From an uncultured Chloroflexia bacterium (GTDB taxonomy: Bacteria; Chloroflexota; Anaerolineae; Anaerolineales; UBA4823): a DNA stretch of 64,000 bases. The notes beneath the pieces were generated by a model. The model worked only from the letters and a program-made list of their open reading frames with translations, ran no database searches and was not told the origin of the DNA. Location: the NCBI GenBank assembly GCA_963777935.1, contig CAVZSL010000006.1, positions 53,522 through 117,521 of the forward strand. Reading direction: 5' to 3'. The translations under genes and the position numbers were made by a program. Below are positions 50,747 to 62,890 of the stretch, piece after piece. Each line of letters starts with the position of its first letter. Positions within the stretch are counted from its first letter, which is position 1.

Positions 50747-52483
50747 ATGCGAACCAAATCCTTATTCTATCCATTCTCTCTTGTTCTGACGCTTACAATG
50801 TTGCTGGCACTGTCTTTTCCGGTGTCGGCTGCAACCAAACCGGCATCGGTCGATGTACAGATCCTGTCACTCAATGACTTTCATGGGGCACTCGATCCGA
50901 GCTTGACGAAACCCAGCTCGACAGATCAGACCACGTGGTACTATCGAGGCGGTGCAGAGTACCTCGCCAACTTTGTCAGTGCCGCTACCATCACCAATCC
51001 CAACACCGTCAAAGTTGTTGCCGGGGATATGTTCGGGGCCAGTCCGCTGCTCTCGGCGCTGTTTCATGATGAGCCGACAGTGATGGCCTTCAACCTGATG
51101 GGGTTTGATTTTGCCGCTACGGGTAACCATGAGTATGATGAGGGTTGGCAAGAACTGCTGCGTATGCAAAACGGCGGATGCCATCCAACGGACGGCTGCT
51201 ACCCAGGGTTCCCGGTGTTTCCGGGGGCATCATTCAAGTACCTGTCTGCCAACGTTATCCGTCTGGATACTGCTGAAACTTTATTCCCCACTTTTATGGT
51301 GAAGCAATATGGAAACGTCAAAGTGGGATTCATTGGGATTGCCCTAGAAACAACCCCTACGATTGTTGTTCCTTCGGCTGTTGCCGATCTCGAATTCCTG
51401 CCCGAAGTGGCCACGATTAATCAATATGTGAAATTCTTGAAGGACACCCAGAATATTAAAACCATTGTTGTCCTGTTGCATGATGGGGCGGGGGCTGCAG
51501 CTAACTATAACGCCTGCAATTCCACGGATCCTTTCTTCACCAATCTCGTGATGAAGATCGATCCAGAAGTGGATGCCCTGATTAGCGGACACACCCATAA
51601 TGCCTACAACTGCCAAATCCGGGTCAAGAAAAACTACGACCCAATGGTTGTAACCAGCGCGGGCTATAACGGCCGCTACCTGACTGACATCGATCTAACG
51701 ATCTCCAGTACCAGTGGTCAGGTGATTGGCAAATCAGCGAATAACATACCGGTGGAAACCCCATTTCTGACCGCAATCCCAGACCCCACCATGAAGGCGC
51801 TGCTTGATCAGTATCGAGTGGCTTCAGCCCCCTTGGCGAATCGCGTTGTTGGCTCGATCACTGCTGATATTTTCAGAGCAGGCAACGCGGCGGGTGAATC
51901 TGCCCTTGGCGATGTGCTCGCCGATGCTCAGCTAGAAGCGACTTCCCAGGTAGGATATGGTGAGGCGATAGTTGGAATGACCAACCCAGGCGGAATCCGC
52001 ACCGACCTGCTCTACAATCAGATCAGTGGTGGAGAAGCACCAGGGGAGGTGACATACGCCGAGGCTTTTGCTGTACAACCCTTCAGCAACAGCCTGGTGA
52101 CAATGACGCTTACTGGTGCGCAAATAAAGACGGTGCTCGAGCAACAATTCATTGGATGTGGACAACTCCCACCACCCGTAGGTGGTCAAAAAATCCTGCA
52201 GGTTTCCGCTGGTTTCACCTATTCCTGGAGCAGTTCAGCACCGGCTTGCAGCAAGATTGACCCAACGACCATCAAGATCAATGGAGTACCGGTTGATCCA
52301 AGCGCCAGCTACCGGATTACAGTCAACAACTTCCTGGCTGCCGGTGGGGACAACTTCGCGGGGTTCAAAGACGGCACGGATCTGTTGACTGGAATGATCG
52401 ACCTGGATGCCTTTACCGCCTATTTGGGGGCTTATTCTCCAGTTGCACCTGGTCCACAGAATCGCATCAGCGTAGTTCCATAA
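50747..52483 (+). CDS. Secreted bifunctional metallophosphatase/5'-nucleotidase
   Basis: Signal peptide; LNDFHG, AGD, GNHEYDEG, GHTH, NPGGIR, VQPFSN, FLAAGGDNF; GGAGG RBS. Confidence 0.93.
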   Translation: MRTKSLFYPFSLVLTLTMLLALSFPVSAATKPASVDVQILSLNDFHGALDPSLTKPSSTDQTTWYYRGGAEYLANFVSAATITNPNTVKVVAGDMFGASPLLSALFHDEPTVMAFNLMGFDFAATGNHEYDEGWQELLRMQNGGCHPTDGCYPGFPVFPGASFKYLSANVIRLDTAETLFPTFMVKQYGNVKVGFIGIALETTPTIVVPSAVADLEFLPEVATINQYVKFLKDTQNIKTIVVLLHDGAGAAANYNACNSTDPFFTNLVMKIDPEVDALISGHTHNAYNCQIRVKKNYDPMVVTSAGYNGRYLTDIDLTISSTSGQVIGKSANNIPVETPFLTAIPDPTMKALLDQYRVASAPLANRVVGSITADIFRAGNAAGESALGDVLADAQLEATSQVGYGEAIVGMTNPGGIRTDLLYNQISGGEAPGEVTYAEAFAVQPFSNSLVTMTLTGAQIKTVLEQQFIGCGQLPPPVGGQKILQVSAGFTYSWSSSAPACSKIDPTTIKINGVPVDPSASYRITVNNFLAAGGDNFAGFKDGTDLLTGMIDLDAFTAYLGAYSPVAPGPQNRISVVP

Positions 52484-52529
52484 GCACTGGGAGATTAGAT
52501 ACAACCAAAAATCCATTTATTGTAAGTGG

Positions 52530-52561
52530 AGGCGAGAGTGAGACCCACTCTCGCCTTTTTT
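52530..52561 (+). terminator. Rho-independent terminator
   Basis: AGGCGAGAGTG-AGACC-CACTCTCGCCT followed by a T-run. Confidence 0.85.
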
Positions 52562-52839
52562 ATTTCGAAACCCTGACTGCCTGCGTTTATTGGAATTCTC
52601 TCCATACCGTCATGGAATAAGAGATACGCCAAATCGTGAGGAGCACTGAAATTAGCTCATAGGAATTTGTCTGCTGATTATATTTCTTCGTTTACATCAC
52701 CGGCATTCTCTTCTCACTATATTAAAGATCATCTCTAAATACACATGATTCATCCATCTAATCTTCACAATTTTTGAATAATTTGTGTTTATACTTATTT
52801 CATCTGCAATACAACAGCAGATTATGATGGAGGTTTTCT

Positions 52840-53994
52840 ATGTCTTTGAAAAGGTTATTGATATACATTCTTGCTATTCTCCTCGTTGGAGGATCTGCAC
52901 TCTTTGGTGCCATGGCTGGGGGAGTTGTCGTATACCGCTTGATGAGTAAGAATCAGGTTACCACTGGCGTCACACCAAACCCATTATCAGCTCAGGTATT
53001 ACCAGCGAGTAACAACACCCAAGACCTGGTGATCAATACCACCGACATTGAGACCGCCATCACAGCAGCAGTTCAGAATGTGGGTCCGGCTGTGGTAACT
53101 GTGGTCGCTAAAATCCCCGGACAACAAACATTCTTCGGTTACACCGGTGATGCCACCTCCTCGGGTAGCGGCGTATTCATATCATCAGACGGATACATCC
53201 TCACCAACAATCATGTCATCGAAGGCAGCCAGCAAATCCAGGCTATCTTCGCCGATGGCAGCCAGCAGGATGCCTCCCTGGTGGGGGCTGACCAATATTC
53301 TGATCTGGCAGTCTTAAAAATTTCTGGCTATGTGCCAGCCGTAGCCAACCTGGGCAACTCCGATGCGCTTAATCCCGGCGAGACGGTCATTGCCATTGGC
53401 TCACCTCTCGGAGATTTCAAGAACACGGTCACCGTCGGGGTGGTCAGTGCCACCGGACGATCGATCGACAGCGGCTCGGGGTACTCGATCGATGGCCTGA
53501 TCCAGACCGATGCAGCCATTAACCAGGGCAACTCGGGTGGTCCACTGGTAAATCTGGCAGGAGAAGTGGTCGCCATTAACACCCTGATCATCCGCAATAG
53601 TAACTCAGGCACAGTCGCTGAGGGGTTGGGTTTTGCTATCCCCATCAACACTGCCAGGTTTGTTTCTGAGCAGATCATCCAGAAAGGTTATGTTTCCCGC
53701 CCCTACCTGGGGATTACCTGGCAGCCAATCACACCACGCGTGTCAGCCATCTACAATCTGCCGGTTCAATATGGTGTCTACATCACAGATGTGGCTTCCA
53801 AAAGCCCTGCGAATCAGGCTGGATTAAAGGTGGGGGATATCATTACCGGGATCGATAGCACATCGCTTGACGATACGCATGCATATATTAATACCTTGTT
53901 CCAATATTCTGCTGGTGATACCGTCATTCTGACAATCATGCGCAACGGCAAACAAACCGAAGTGCAGGTTACTCTTGGCGACTCAGGTTCGTAA
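52840..53994 (+). CDS. htrA: HtrA/DegP-family serine protease with one PDZ domain
   Basis: N-terminal TM; GSG, TNNHV, DLAVLK, IQTDAAINQGNSGGPL; PDZ domain (YLGI, SPA..AGLK.GD). Confidence 0.92.
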   Translation: MSLKRLLIYILAILLVGGSALFGAMAGGVVVYRLMSKNQVTTGVTPNPLSAQVLPASNNTQDLVINTTDIETAITAAVQNVGPAVVTVVAKIPGQQTFFGYTGDATSSGSGVFISSDGYILTNNHVIEGSQQIQAIFADGSQQDASLVGADQYSDLAVLKISGYVPAVANLGNSDALNPGETVIAIGSPLGDFKNTVTVGVVSATGRSIDSGSGYSIDGLIQTDAAINQGNSGGPLVNLAGEVVAINTLIIRNSNSGTVAEGLGFAIPINTARFVSEQIIQKGYVSRPYLGITWQPITPRVSAIYNLPVQYGVYITDVASKSPANQAGLKVGDIITGIDSTSLDDTHAYINTLFQYSAGDTVILTIMRNGKQTEVQVTLGDSGS

Positions 53995-54067
53995 CGCGAT
54001 ATTCTTATTTAATAGTTTAGATGAATTAGAACCTATCGATCACACATCGTTATATATCTTCCAGCCC

Positions 54068-55564
54068 TCACGGGGAACGATAGATCCTAGCTTCGCTTAG
54101 CTGGATTTGCTCAACCAAATCCTTGGTTATTTCCTCCCGCGTGGTTCCGTATAATTCCATTGGAATGGAATCAAATATTACCAGATAGGCACCATTTTCC
54201 TTCATATCAGCTTTCATTGCAGGAATATTATCTGGAGAGGGTATGGGATTGGTTACCCGGCCAGTCCAAAAATAGATTGCAGCGAAAGCATTGCTATAAA
54301 TTGGAATATCGGGCCGATTTCTTAAATACGTGTAAGTTTCAGAAACGTGATCCCTGGCACTCGCATAGCCTCTGCCGACCTCATGATAATTTCGTACCAT
54401 TTGACCCGAACGGGTAAGATTTGTGATCAAAAACATCAGGCTCAACGCAGTAATAATACCAAATTCAAGCCACCTTTTTCTGTTCCAGAGCTCCGAATAG
54501 ATCCATGCTAACAGGATCAATCCCATCACGAGAATGGGGCTTAATAATCGCTCATCCATTGGAATGAGTGGATCAAAGAAAGAGCGTGAGACGATCAAAA
54601 TAACCAAATAGGAAAGCATGCTCAGGATAATCAGTGCGATCGGATTTCTTTGACGATGTGGCTCAGCTGGAAGTGCGCTACCACTACGCTTTCGTAAAAA
54701 ACGAATCCCTAACCAGATGATAATTACCAGGATTATTCCAGCCAGCCATATTAACTCTTTTCCATTTACAAATCTTCCTGGAACAAGCCACAATAATATC
54801 GTGTTTAGTATATTGATCCACAGGCTTTCAGTCATCAAGTGCCAACCAAATACTCGGTTCGTGGGTTGACCGACAACGAGCTCGTTGCGGATCACCCATA
54901 ATAGAAGCGGGATAACTCCCACGAGGCTGAAAATAAGGCAGTTACGAATCCTAAGCCGATTACTTTTCCCCGTCTCAATTAAGAACAATATCCCACCCGC
55001 TAATAGCAAAGAAATGCCAATATATCGTGTCGCAGCTGCCAATCCAAAGAATAATCCAGTAAATACTGGTGCCTGCCAAGTTCCTTTTTCGTTCCCAATG
55101 ATATAACTTAAAAATCCCAATAGAGTAAAAGTAATATAAAGAGGTTCACTCATTGCCCAAGAGTGGATCATGATCAGCGTGCTTGAGATCAACATAAATA
55201 TGGCTGCAAGTATTGAAAACGCAGATGATTTTGTCAGCCTATACACGATCCTGGCAACCAGATAAATGTTTATTGCAAAAAAGCCAGCGTTTAACCACCG
55301 AATAGCAGTCAACGGATCAACCTTTAATAAACCAATTAAGCTCAATAATAATGGCAACATGGGTGGAAAATTAGGAGCCAAATCGAAACCACGACCAGCT
55401 AATAAATTTCTCGCGGAGCTAATATAGTAATACGAATCATCGGATAACGCCGCTCCCCATACTGTACTATAAAGGACCAGACCAACGCCAATTAAGCAAA
55501 TAACACTGATGTTAACAATCCACAAAAGGCGGTTTGGAAGCCTTCTTGATATTTTATTTAGCAT
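54068..55564 (-). CDS. ArnT/PMT-like (GT-C) membrane glycosyltransferase
   Basis: SDDSYYY..SARNL after TM1, FPP.LP, MSEPLY, TRYIG; about 11 TMs. Confidence 0.8.
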   Translation of the reverse strand: MLNKISRRLPNRLLWIVNISVICLIGVGLVLYSTVWGAALSDDSYYYISSARNLLAGRGFDLAPNFPPMLPLLLSLIGLLKVDPLTAIRWLNAGFFAINIYLVARIVYRLTKSSAFSILAAIFMLISSTLIMIHSWAMSEPLYITFTLLGFLSYIIGNEKGTWQAPVFTGLFFGLAAATRYIGISLLLAGGILFLIETGKSNRLRIRNCLIFSLVGVIPLLLWVIRNELVVGQPTNRVFGWHLMTESLWINILNTILLWLVPGRFVNGKELIWLAGIILVIIIWLGIRFLRKRSGSALPAEPHRQRNPIALIILSMLSYLVILIVSRSFFDPLIPMDERLLSPILVMGLILLAWIYSELWNRKRWLEFGIITALSLMFLITNLTRSGQMVRNYHEVGRGYASARDHVSETYTYLRNRPDIPIYSNAFAAIYFWTGRVTNPIPSPDNIPAMKADMKENGAYLVIFDSIPMELYGTTREEITKDLVEQIQLSEARIYRSP

Positions 55565-55810
55565 AAAACAATCTCCTTAAGTGGATCATCAAGCTAGAGC
55601 ATTGTGGTTCCAACGAGGTTTATTTTACACCTCACGGTGAAAAATTATTTCTTGTTCAATGAAGATTTTATTGAACATAAGTGCAGAAATGAGATAGACT
55701 TAGGAAACAATATACAGTATAATTAATTCAGGCTTTATACGTCTCCTCTATATCTGAGATAATAAAATCTATCTGCATAAAAAGTTTTAGACTTTCTCTG
55801 GGGAATATTT

Positions 55811-58800
55811 TTGAAAGCTTTTAAGACGATTAAATTTAAAGGATATATATGGGCGACTGTTTTCTCGATCGCTCTCCTTTTAATCCTGCTTTTAAGTGGT
55901 GTAGGTTTTGCGCAAGATAATCCACTATTCATTGGCCTCATACAAACCATAGAACCGGAAAAATCTGGTCTATCACATCCCTCGGGGATAGCTTTTTCAT
56001 CCCGCGCTAACGCTTTTTACGTGGCTGAAACCCTTACTGACCAGAAAATTACATCCAGTGTTTCTACTATCAAACATGTCTCTGTCCTAGGGCAAGAAAT
56101 CGGATCCACCCAAATAGACCTTGCCATCGATAATCCGATCAATCTAGCCATGGATAATAGGACAGGTCGATTGCTAATATATCAAGCTTTTACCCAACAA
56201 TTGGTCGAGCTGCGCGAAAATTCTGCTGGACGGCTGGATCCAAATTCATTGGTCCTTCACAAAGTCAGCTTTGGGCTTAAAGATCCCCAGGGAATGACAG
56301 TCGACCCAATACACGGCTACCTTTATTTTCTGGATGCTGATGGACCCAGGCTCATCCGTGTTCTTCTGCCACCAGATGGCAGTCTCACAGACTTGAAATT
56401 TGACTCGACCAATTTGCAATGGGCTGGTGGGATTGACCTGCATGGGGTGGCATATAACGTGGCTTCTGGTAACCTTTTTATTAGCAGCTCGGGTGGACAA
56501 ACTATTTATGAAGTTAATACACACGGTGAATTGGTTGCCACCCGCGATCTTTCCGGCATTAATCCGTCCAATCCTCAGGGGATGGTTTTCGCCCCCAGTG
56601 GAGATCAAACAGATGACCCATCGCTATCGAGCTTATATATGGTGGACAGCGGTTTCCCACCAGTAACGCCAGTCAATCAGTTTTCAGCTGAAACTGATAT
56701 CACGCAACCTTCTCAAGGTATGATCCTTGAGTTATCTTTGATCCAACCTGAGCAATATAATTTCATCACTGCCTTCCAATCCAATCTGGTGAGAACGACC
56801 AATACATCCGCTTATTCACCTCCCAGCCCTGATTCCTCGGGATTGACTTACATAAATTCTCGTAACACGCTCATGATGAGTGACTGTGAGGTTGAAGAGA
56901 CAGTTAGTGGAATAACCCACTTTATGGGTGCAAATGTCTGGGAGGTAAACCTGGATGGAACAGTGGTTCGGACAGCTAACATATCTTCTGTAGCACCAAC
57001 TTCGGTTCCCATGACGGATGAACCCACAGGCATGTCGTGGAACCCTGCTAATGGACATTATTATATTTCAGATGATGATGCGGTAAGAGTCTATGATTTA
57101 AATCCAGGCACTGATGGCTTGATCGGCACAGCTGATGATAGCTGGACCAGCTTTTCGACCAATACAGCTGGGAATGGTGATCCAGAAGGAATTGCTTATG
57201 ATAGCTGGCGTAATCAGCTGAACGTGATCGATGGTGTCAACCAGGAAGTGTATCAATATTCACTTTCAGGCACGCTGCTTGGTCACTTCGACGTTCAAGT
57301 ATATGGAGTGAGCGATCCAGAGGGCATCGATTTTAACCCAATCAGTGGGACGTTGTTTATCCTTAGCAGTTCCAGCAACCGTATCATCGTCGAGACAACG
57401 ACTACTGGTAGTATGATCCAATCGATCAATGTCTCTGCCAGTGCTTCGAGTGCCCCGGCCGGGCTCGCCTATGCCCCTGCCAGCGATGGTTCGGGTTTAC
57501 AGCGCTTTTATATTGTCGATCGTGGGATTGATAATAACGCTAATCCAAACATCATCGATGGAAGAATGTACGAAATGACGGCTCCAGTACCTGGTTCACC
57601 TGGAAATACTCCGCCAGTGGTTAATGCTGGACCTAACCAGACAGTATCAATTGCTAATGGTGTAACTCTGATTGGTACTGCAAGTGATGACGGATTACCC
57701 AACCCACCCAACGCACTCACCACCCAATGGAGCATGGTTAGTGGTCCAGGCAATGTCACATTTACAAACCCTAATGCACTAAACACAACGGCAAGTTTTT
57801 CAGTAGTGGGTCCTTATGTCCTTCGTCTATCCGCCAGTGATAGCGAAATAATTTCCTATGATGAGCTAAACATAACGGTGACAGGTGTCGGAGGTGCAAT
57901 CGTCGTAGACGTCCGTGTGGCAACAGGCAGTGATGATGCCGAAGAAGGTGCTACTGGTTCTGTATCATTAACCAGCGCTGATTTAGAGCTCGTTGAAGAT
58001 ACTACCATTCAAACCGTAGGTATGCGTTTTAATGGAATGACCATCCCGAAGAATGCGCAGATTACTTATGCTTACATTCAATTCCAAGTCGACGAGGTGG
58101 GTTCCGTGGGAACATCACTCACACTTTGGGGTGAAGCACAAGATAGCCCAGGAACATTCACAACGGGTACCAGGAACATTTCCTCAAGAGTGAAAACAAC
58201 CGCCAATGTAGATTGGGCTCCACCACCCTGGACAATAGAAGGTCAGGCGGGTGCCGATCAACGCACTCCAAATTTAGCTGCCATCCTTCAGGAGATCATT
58301 AATCGCACAGGCTGGACTGCTGGTAATTCCATGGTGATAATTATTGGTGGGACTGGCACTCGCACTGCTGAATCGTATGAAGGCCTAGCGACTGCAGCAC
58401 CATTGCTGTACATGGAATATATTGTTCCAACCGAAAATACACCAACCTCCACGGCTAGTAAAACCCCAACTTTAACAGCCTCACCGACGAATACCTCTAC
58501 TTCTACCCCAACTCGAACGGCGACCTTAACACCATCACCAACATCTACATCAACTTCCACGCCAAGTCAAACCGCAACTTTGACACCCTCACCGACAAAT
58601 ACCTCTACATCAACACCAACTCGAACAGCGACCTTAACGTCATCACCAACATCTACATTAACATCCACACCTATCAATACAGCATCTTCTACACCCTCTC
58701 CAACGAATACGGCCACCTCCATCCCTACCCAGACTGCTTCATTCACACCTGCTCCAATCAATACAGCTACCTCCACCGAAACTCTAACTTCTACATATAC

Positions 58801-60742
58801 GCCAGCAGCAACTAATACATCCACCTCCACGCCCACTCAAACCGCTTCTTTCACATCCAGTCCAACGTATACGTCTACCTCCACCCAAATTGCTTCCTTC
58901 ACACCCTCTCCAACAAATACGTCCACCTCCACCCAAATTGCTTCCTTAACACCCTCTCCAACGAACACCTCCACGCTCACTCAAACCGCTACCTTCACGC
59001 CCTTTGCAACCAGTACAGCTACCTCCACGCCAACCAGAACTGAAACCTCTATACCGAGTGCAACAGTTACATCAACTCCCACACCAAGTACTACCCCAGC
59101 TAGTCTTATTTCTCTGAATGTTAGGGTGTCCTCGGGCTCCGATGATGCTGAAGAGTACTCTTCAGGAGGTGTTTACTTAACCAGTGGAGACCTGGAATTG
59201 GTCTATGATGGCAGCGATCAAACAGTAGGAATGCAATTCAATGGAATAACGATCCCTAAAGATGCTGTGATCAACGCTGCCAATATTCAATTCCAGGTGG
59301 ATGAGGTGAATTCAGAGGTTACTTCACTCACCCTGTGGGGGGAAGCACAAGATAACCCCGGGGCCTTCCTTGCCACCAGCCGGAATATCTCCGCTCGGTT
59401 GAGAACCACAGCCTCAGTGGGTTGGTCGCCGGTAGCCTGGACGGTGATTGGTCAAGCCGGAGTGGACCAACGTACCCCGAATATCTCCGCTCTCATACAA
59501 GAGATTGTGTACCGCCCAGGTTGGACAACTGGGAATTCCATAGTTATCATAATCGGTGGCACTGGTCACCGGACTGCTGAATCATATGAGGGTCTAGCGT
59601 CTGCAGCACCATTGCTGTACGTAGAATATATTGTTACAACTGAAAATCCACCAACTCCCACAACTACTAGTACCGCTTCTTCTACACCCTCTCCAACGAA
59701 TACGTCTACGCCCACGTCCACTCAAACCGGATCCTCGACACCTTTACCAACCAACACTTCAACGGTTACCTCAACTCCGGTCAATTCACCTACATTCACA
59801 CCAACACCCAGTCATACCGCAACATCCACGCCTTCTCAAACCCCTACTATTACTCTTTCACCCACCATCACTTTTACGCCTTTACCAACCAACACGCCAA
59901 CTGAGACAAGTACCTTTTCGCCATCACCGACAAATACACCCACTGGAACACCAACGTTAACTGCTTCAATCACTCCAACACCTACCGATACACCTACGGT
60001 CACGCCAACTCAAACCCCCTCATCATCTCCAACGCAGACCAATACCTCTTCACCTACGCCAACTCCATCAGCAACACCATCACCAACAATAACGCTAACA
60101 CCAACCCAAACAAATACACCAACACCAACCCCGACCAGCACAGCAACCTCGACTCCAACTGCCACAGCAACGTTTACGCCCACACCAAGCCCTACACCTA
60201 TCGGACTGATGGCTTTGAACGTGAGGGTGTCCGTAAGTTCCGATGATGCTGAGGAGAGTGCATCCGGGAATATCAATCTGACCCACTCCTACCTGGATTT
60301 GGTCTATGATAAAAGTAATCAAATTATCGGTATACGTTTTAACAATCTCACTCTCCCCCAAACTGCCACAATTCATTATGCCTATGTTCAATTCCAGACG
60401 GGAAAAATCAGCTCTCAAATGACATCCCTCTCCATTAAGGGACAAGCGACTGATAATGCACCAACTTTTAGAAATCTTAAAAAGAATATATCTTCACGCA
60501 TACAGACCACATCGTCTGCTGATTGGATTCCATCTTCATGGACGGTGATCAATGAAGCGGGAGAGCAACAACGCACTCCCAATCTATCGGCGGTCATCCA
60601 AGAAATTATTAACCGGCCTGGTTGGACATCTGGGAATTCAGTGGTTCTAATTTTCACCGGCTCAGGTGTTCGAACAGCCTGGTCTTACAACGGGCTACCT
60701 AGCGGTGCACCTTTATTACATATTGAATATACAGTCCCATAG
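55811..60742 (+). CDS. Large secreted surface protein: two beta-propeller-like regions, PKD/Ig-like domain, three SDDAEE repeat domains and Thr/Pro-rich linkers
   Basis: Signal peptide; repeated (D/N)P(E/Q)G motifs; [12 protein letters not shown]...ASDDGLP...W....GPG PKD-like domain; three ~175-aa repeats; TTG start. Confidence 0.85.
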   Translation: MKAFKTIKFKGYIWATVFSIALLLILLLSGVGFAQDNPLFIGLIQTIEPEKSGLSHPSGIAFSSRANAFYVAETLTDQKITSSVSTIKHVSVLGQEIGSTQIDLAIDNPINLAMDNRTGRLLIYQAFTQQLVELRENSAGRLDPNSLVLHKVSFGLKDPQGMTVDPIHGYLYFLDADGPRLIRVLLPPDGSLTDLKFDSTNLQWAGGIDLHGVAYNVASGNLFISSSGGQTIYEVNTHGELVATRDLSGINPSNPQGMVFAPSGDQTDDPSLSSLYMVDSGFPPVTPVNQFSAETDITQPSQGMILELSLIQPEQYNFITAFQSNLVRTTNTSAYSPPSPDSSGLTYINSRNTLMMSDCEVEETVSGITHFMGANVWEVNLDGTVVRTANISSVAPTSVPMTDEPTGMSWNPANGHYYISDDDAVRVYDLNPGTDGLIGTADDSWTSFSTNTAGNGDPEGIAYDSWRNQLNVIDGVNQEVYQYSLSGTLLGHFDVQVYGVSDPEGIDFNPISGTLFILSSSSNRIIVETTTTGSMIQSINVSASASSAPAGLAYAPASDGSGLQRFYIVDRGIDNNANPNIIDGRMYEMTAPVPGSPGNTPPVVNAGPNQTVSIANGVTLIGTASDDGLPNPPNALTTQWSMVSGPGNVTFTNPNALNTTASFSVVGPYVLRLSASDSEIISYDELNITVTGVGGAIVVDVRVATGSDDAEEGATGSVSLTSADLELVEDTTIQTVGMRFNGMTIPKNAQITYAYIQFQVDEVGSVGTSLTLWGEAQDSPGTFTTGTRNISSRVKTTANVDWAPPPWTIEGQAGADQRTPNLAAILQEIINRTGWTAGNSMVIIIGGTGTRTAESYEGLATAAPLLYMEYIVPTENTPTSTASKTPTLTASPTNTSTSTPTRTATLTPSPTSTSTSTPSQTATLTPSPTNTSTSTPTRTATLTSSPTSTLTSTPINTASSTPSPTNTATSIPTQTASFTPAPINTATSTETLTSTYTPAATNTSTSTPTQTASFTSSPTYTSTSTQIASFTPSPTNTSTSTQIASLTPSPTNTSTLTQTATFTPFATSTATSTPTRTETSIPSATVTSTPTPSTTPASLISLNVRVSSGSDDAEEYSSGGVYLTSGDLELVYDGSDQTVGMQFNGITIPKDAVINAANIQFQVDEVNSEVTSLTLWGEAQDNPGAFLATSRNISARLRTTASVGWSPVAWTVIGQAGVDQRTPNISALIQEIVYRPGWTTGNSIVIIIGGTGHRTAESYEGLASAAPLLYVEYIVTTENPPTPTTTSTASSTPSPTNTSTPTSTQTGSSTPLPTNTSTVTSTPVNSPTFTPTPSHTATSTPSQTPTITLSPTITFTPLPTNTPTETSTFSPSPTNTPTGTPTLTASITPTPTDTPTVTPTQTPSSSPTQTNTSSPTPTPSATPSPTITLTPTQTNTPTPTPTSTATSTPTATATFTPTPSPTPIGLMALNVRVSVSSDDAEESASGNINLTHSYLDLVYDKSNQIIGIRFNNLTLPQTATIHYAYVQFQTGKISSQMTSLSIKGQATDNAPTFRNLKKNISSRIQTTSSADWIPSSWTVINEAGEQQRTPNLSAVIQEIINRPGWTSGNSVVLIFTGSGVRTAWSYNGLPSGAPLLHIEYTVP
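57902..60733 (+). repeat. Three ~525-bp domain repeats (about 57902-58423, 59111-59632, 60215-60733) separated by Thr/Pro/Ser low-complexity arrays
   Basis: V.V...SDDAEE...G.RF....IP..A.I....QF...QRTPN....QEI..R.GW..GNS...R.A.SY.G...APLL..EY in each copy; the first linker has 60/120-bp units (about 58460-58680) and 48-bp units (about 58870-58970). Confidence 0.9.
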
Positions 60743-60973
60743 CTAACCATACGATCTCTCTTATCTAAAGATATAGTTTTTTCGAACAATTCCCAGGAAC
60801 AGCTCTTGCTCTTCTTTCTTCCAACCGTTTCAATTGCCAGTTCGTTTTTCCGCTTAACTTTAAGGCTAGTACCAGCTATACCGTGAGTTCGTTTATGGAT
60901 GAACTCACCATTTTTTTGTGCTATACTAAAAAAACAACGATCATCCTAAATATCACAATACAGGAGGCAAATC

Positions 60974-61363
60974 ATGACTGGCTTTGTTGGAGACATTGAA
61001 AAAAAGACAGAGAAGAATAAATATTTCCGTCAGGTTCTTTACACCGGCAAGTATGCCCAGCTGGTAGTGATGTGCTTGCAACCGCGCGAAGAGATCGGTA
61101 ATGAGGTCCACGACACCGTCGACCAGTTTTTCCGCATCGAGGAAGGCAAAGCCAAATTTGTCTTCAATGGCAATGAAGAGCATCTGGTGAAAGCTGGCGA
61201 TGCAGTGATTGTCCCCGCTGGAACATTCCACAATGTGATCAACACTTCCTCGAAGAACCCACTCAGGCTCTATACCGTTTATTCTCCACCCAATCACCCG
61301 GATGGAACGGTACACAAGACTAAGGCAGAAGCCGAAGCAGCTGAAGCTTCGCACCATCAATAA
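60974..61363 (+). CDS. Cupin domain protein
   Basis: FRQVLYTG, EIGNEVH...DQFFRIEEG, VPAGTFHNVIN, LYTVYSPPNH; AGGAGG RBS. Confidence 0.92.
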   Translation: MTGFVGDIEKKTEKNKYFRQVLYTGKYAQLVVMCLQPREEIGNEVHDTVDQFFRIEEGKAKFVFNGNEEHLVKAGDAVIVPAGTFHNVINTSSKNPLRLYTVYSPPNHPDGTVHKTKAEAEAAEASHHQ

Positions 61364-61389
61364 TTCTTTTTATTGTTAATGTAAATTTA

Positions 61390-61426
61390 ATAACCTCCCG
61401 CAGTTACGTTTACTGCGGGAGGTTAT
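61390..61426. repeat. 15-bp perfect inverted repeat (terminator or REP-like)
   Basis: ATAACCTCCCGCAGT-7nt-ACTGCGGGAGGTTAT; no clean U-tract; right arm runs into TATAAT upstream of the next gene. Confidence 0.7.
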
Positions 61427-61458
61427 AATATGCTTTCATCTTTTTCTAGGAGTTATGA

Positions 61459-62889
61459 ATGCGCAGAGGCTATTTCGTCTTAATCTTGTTAATCCTGAGT
61501 ACGCTAGCTTGTGGTTCCATAAGCAAGGTGACCCCAGTCAGTACAGATACCAATATTCCAACCGAAGCTATTTCCACGCAGATCCCTTCGGAGAAACCAT
61601 CCGTGACGCCTGGAATCACCCAAGTCGCTTCTGGAGAAACAACCACCGCTCCTACCCAGGAAGAAAGCACCAAAACCCCCTATCCCACTTCTGTGCTGGA
61701 TTCCAGTATGACCAGCCAGATTGACCTGATACAATCGCAGGTGATCGAAGAGCGTGGTCTCCAACCTAATCACCCCGTACCGGTCATCTTATTATCCCCC
61801 GCTGAATTACACCAAAATGTTACCAATGATTTCTTGGCTGATTACACGGATGAAGAAATGGCAGATGATGTCTTGGAGCTCTCCATTATCGGATTGCTCG
61901 AGCCAGGGTATGATTTTAAATCATTTTATACCGACCTGCTCAGTGAACAGGTGGCTGGTTATTATGATAACGACACCTCGGAGATGTTCGTTGTTCAGGG
62001 AGAAGGTTTTAAAGGACCCGAGCATCTGACATACGCTCATGAGTACACACACGTCCTGCAAGACCAGAACTATGATATTAAGAATGGCCTCAACTACAGC
62101 GATGAGGCTTGTGAAGTGGACACCGAGCGTTGTGCCGCCGTACAAGCCCTGATTGAAGGAGATGCCAGCCTGTCTGAGTATACATGGTTCCAATATCATG
62201 CCTCCACTCAAGATCAGCAGGATATTATTGAGTTCATGACCTCGATGACAAGCCCGGTTTATGACCGTGCTCCAGCCTTTCTCCAAGATGACTTTGTTTT
62301 CCCATATTCCCAAGGGTTGACTTTCGTTCAGGATTTGTTTGACCAGGGAGGTTGGACAGCTATTGACGCGGCTTATAAAAACCCACCCGTCTCTACCGAA
62401 CAGATCCTGCATCCTGAGCTTTACCCTTCTGATGCGCCCATCCCGGTAGATCTCCCCGATCTAGCCACAACATTAGGAGACGGTTGGCGGGAAGTATCTC
62501 GCAACCAGATGGGTGAGTGGTATACCTATCTGATCCTGGCGCGCGCTGCCAATGCTAACGCACGTTTGGATGACACCACTGCTCAGGATGCAGCCGCAGG
62601 TTGGGGAGGCGATGAGTATGTAGTGTTGCACAATGAATCGACCGGTTCAACTGCTTTTGTCATGAAGACAGTCTGGGATACAAAAGCTGATGCAGAAGAG
62701 TTCTCAAATGCAGTACAGCAATATGCTGATATTCGTTTTGGAGTACCAGCTACCCAGCATGGGGATACTCTCACCTGGAATTATGCGGATGGATATAGCT
62801 CTTTCTATCATTCAGGCGATACAACCGTCTGGATCATCGCCCCCGATTCATCCACTGCTGAAAAGTTAGCCGGCTCAGTTCAGCCTTAG
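61459..62889 (+). CDS. Lipoprotein, putative HEXXH zinc metallopeptidase / surface protein
   Basis: TLAC lipobox, Thr/Pro linker, VAGYYD, AHEYTHVLQDQ, ALIEGDA, FPY..G, PPVSTEQILHP, AAGWGGD. Confidence 0.85.
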   Translation: MRRGYFVLILLILSTLACGSISKVTPVSTDTNIPTEAISTQIPSEKPSVTPGITQVASGETTTAPTQEESTKTPYPTSVLDSSMTSQIDLIQSQVIEERGLQPNHPVPVILLSPAELHQNVTNDFLADYTDEEMADDVLELSIIGLLEPGYDFKSFYTDLLSEQVAGYYDNDTSEMFVVQGEGFKGPEHLTYAHEYTHVLQDQNYDIKNGLNYSDEACEVDTERCAAVQALIEGDASLSEYTWFQYHASTQDQQDIIEFMTSMTSPVYDRAPAFLQDDFVFPYSQGLTFVQDLFDQGGWTAIDAAYKNPPVSTEQILHPELYPSDAPIPVDLPDLATTLGDGWREVSRNQMGEWYTYLILARAANANARLDDTTAQDAAAGWGGDEYVVLHNESTGSTAFVMKTVWDTKADAEEFSNAVQQYADIRFGVPATQHGDTLTWNYADGYSSFYHSGDTTVWIIAPDSSTAEKLAGSVQP

Positions 62890-62890
62890 A

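Noticed and set aside
58440-60200. Tandem repeats as a possible CRISPR array or non-coding repeat
   Set aside because: Units are multiples of 3, degenerate at third positions and encode Thr/Pro linkers within one ORF; there is no repeat-spacer structure and no cas gene
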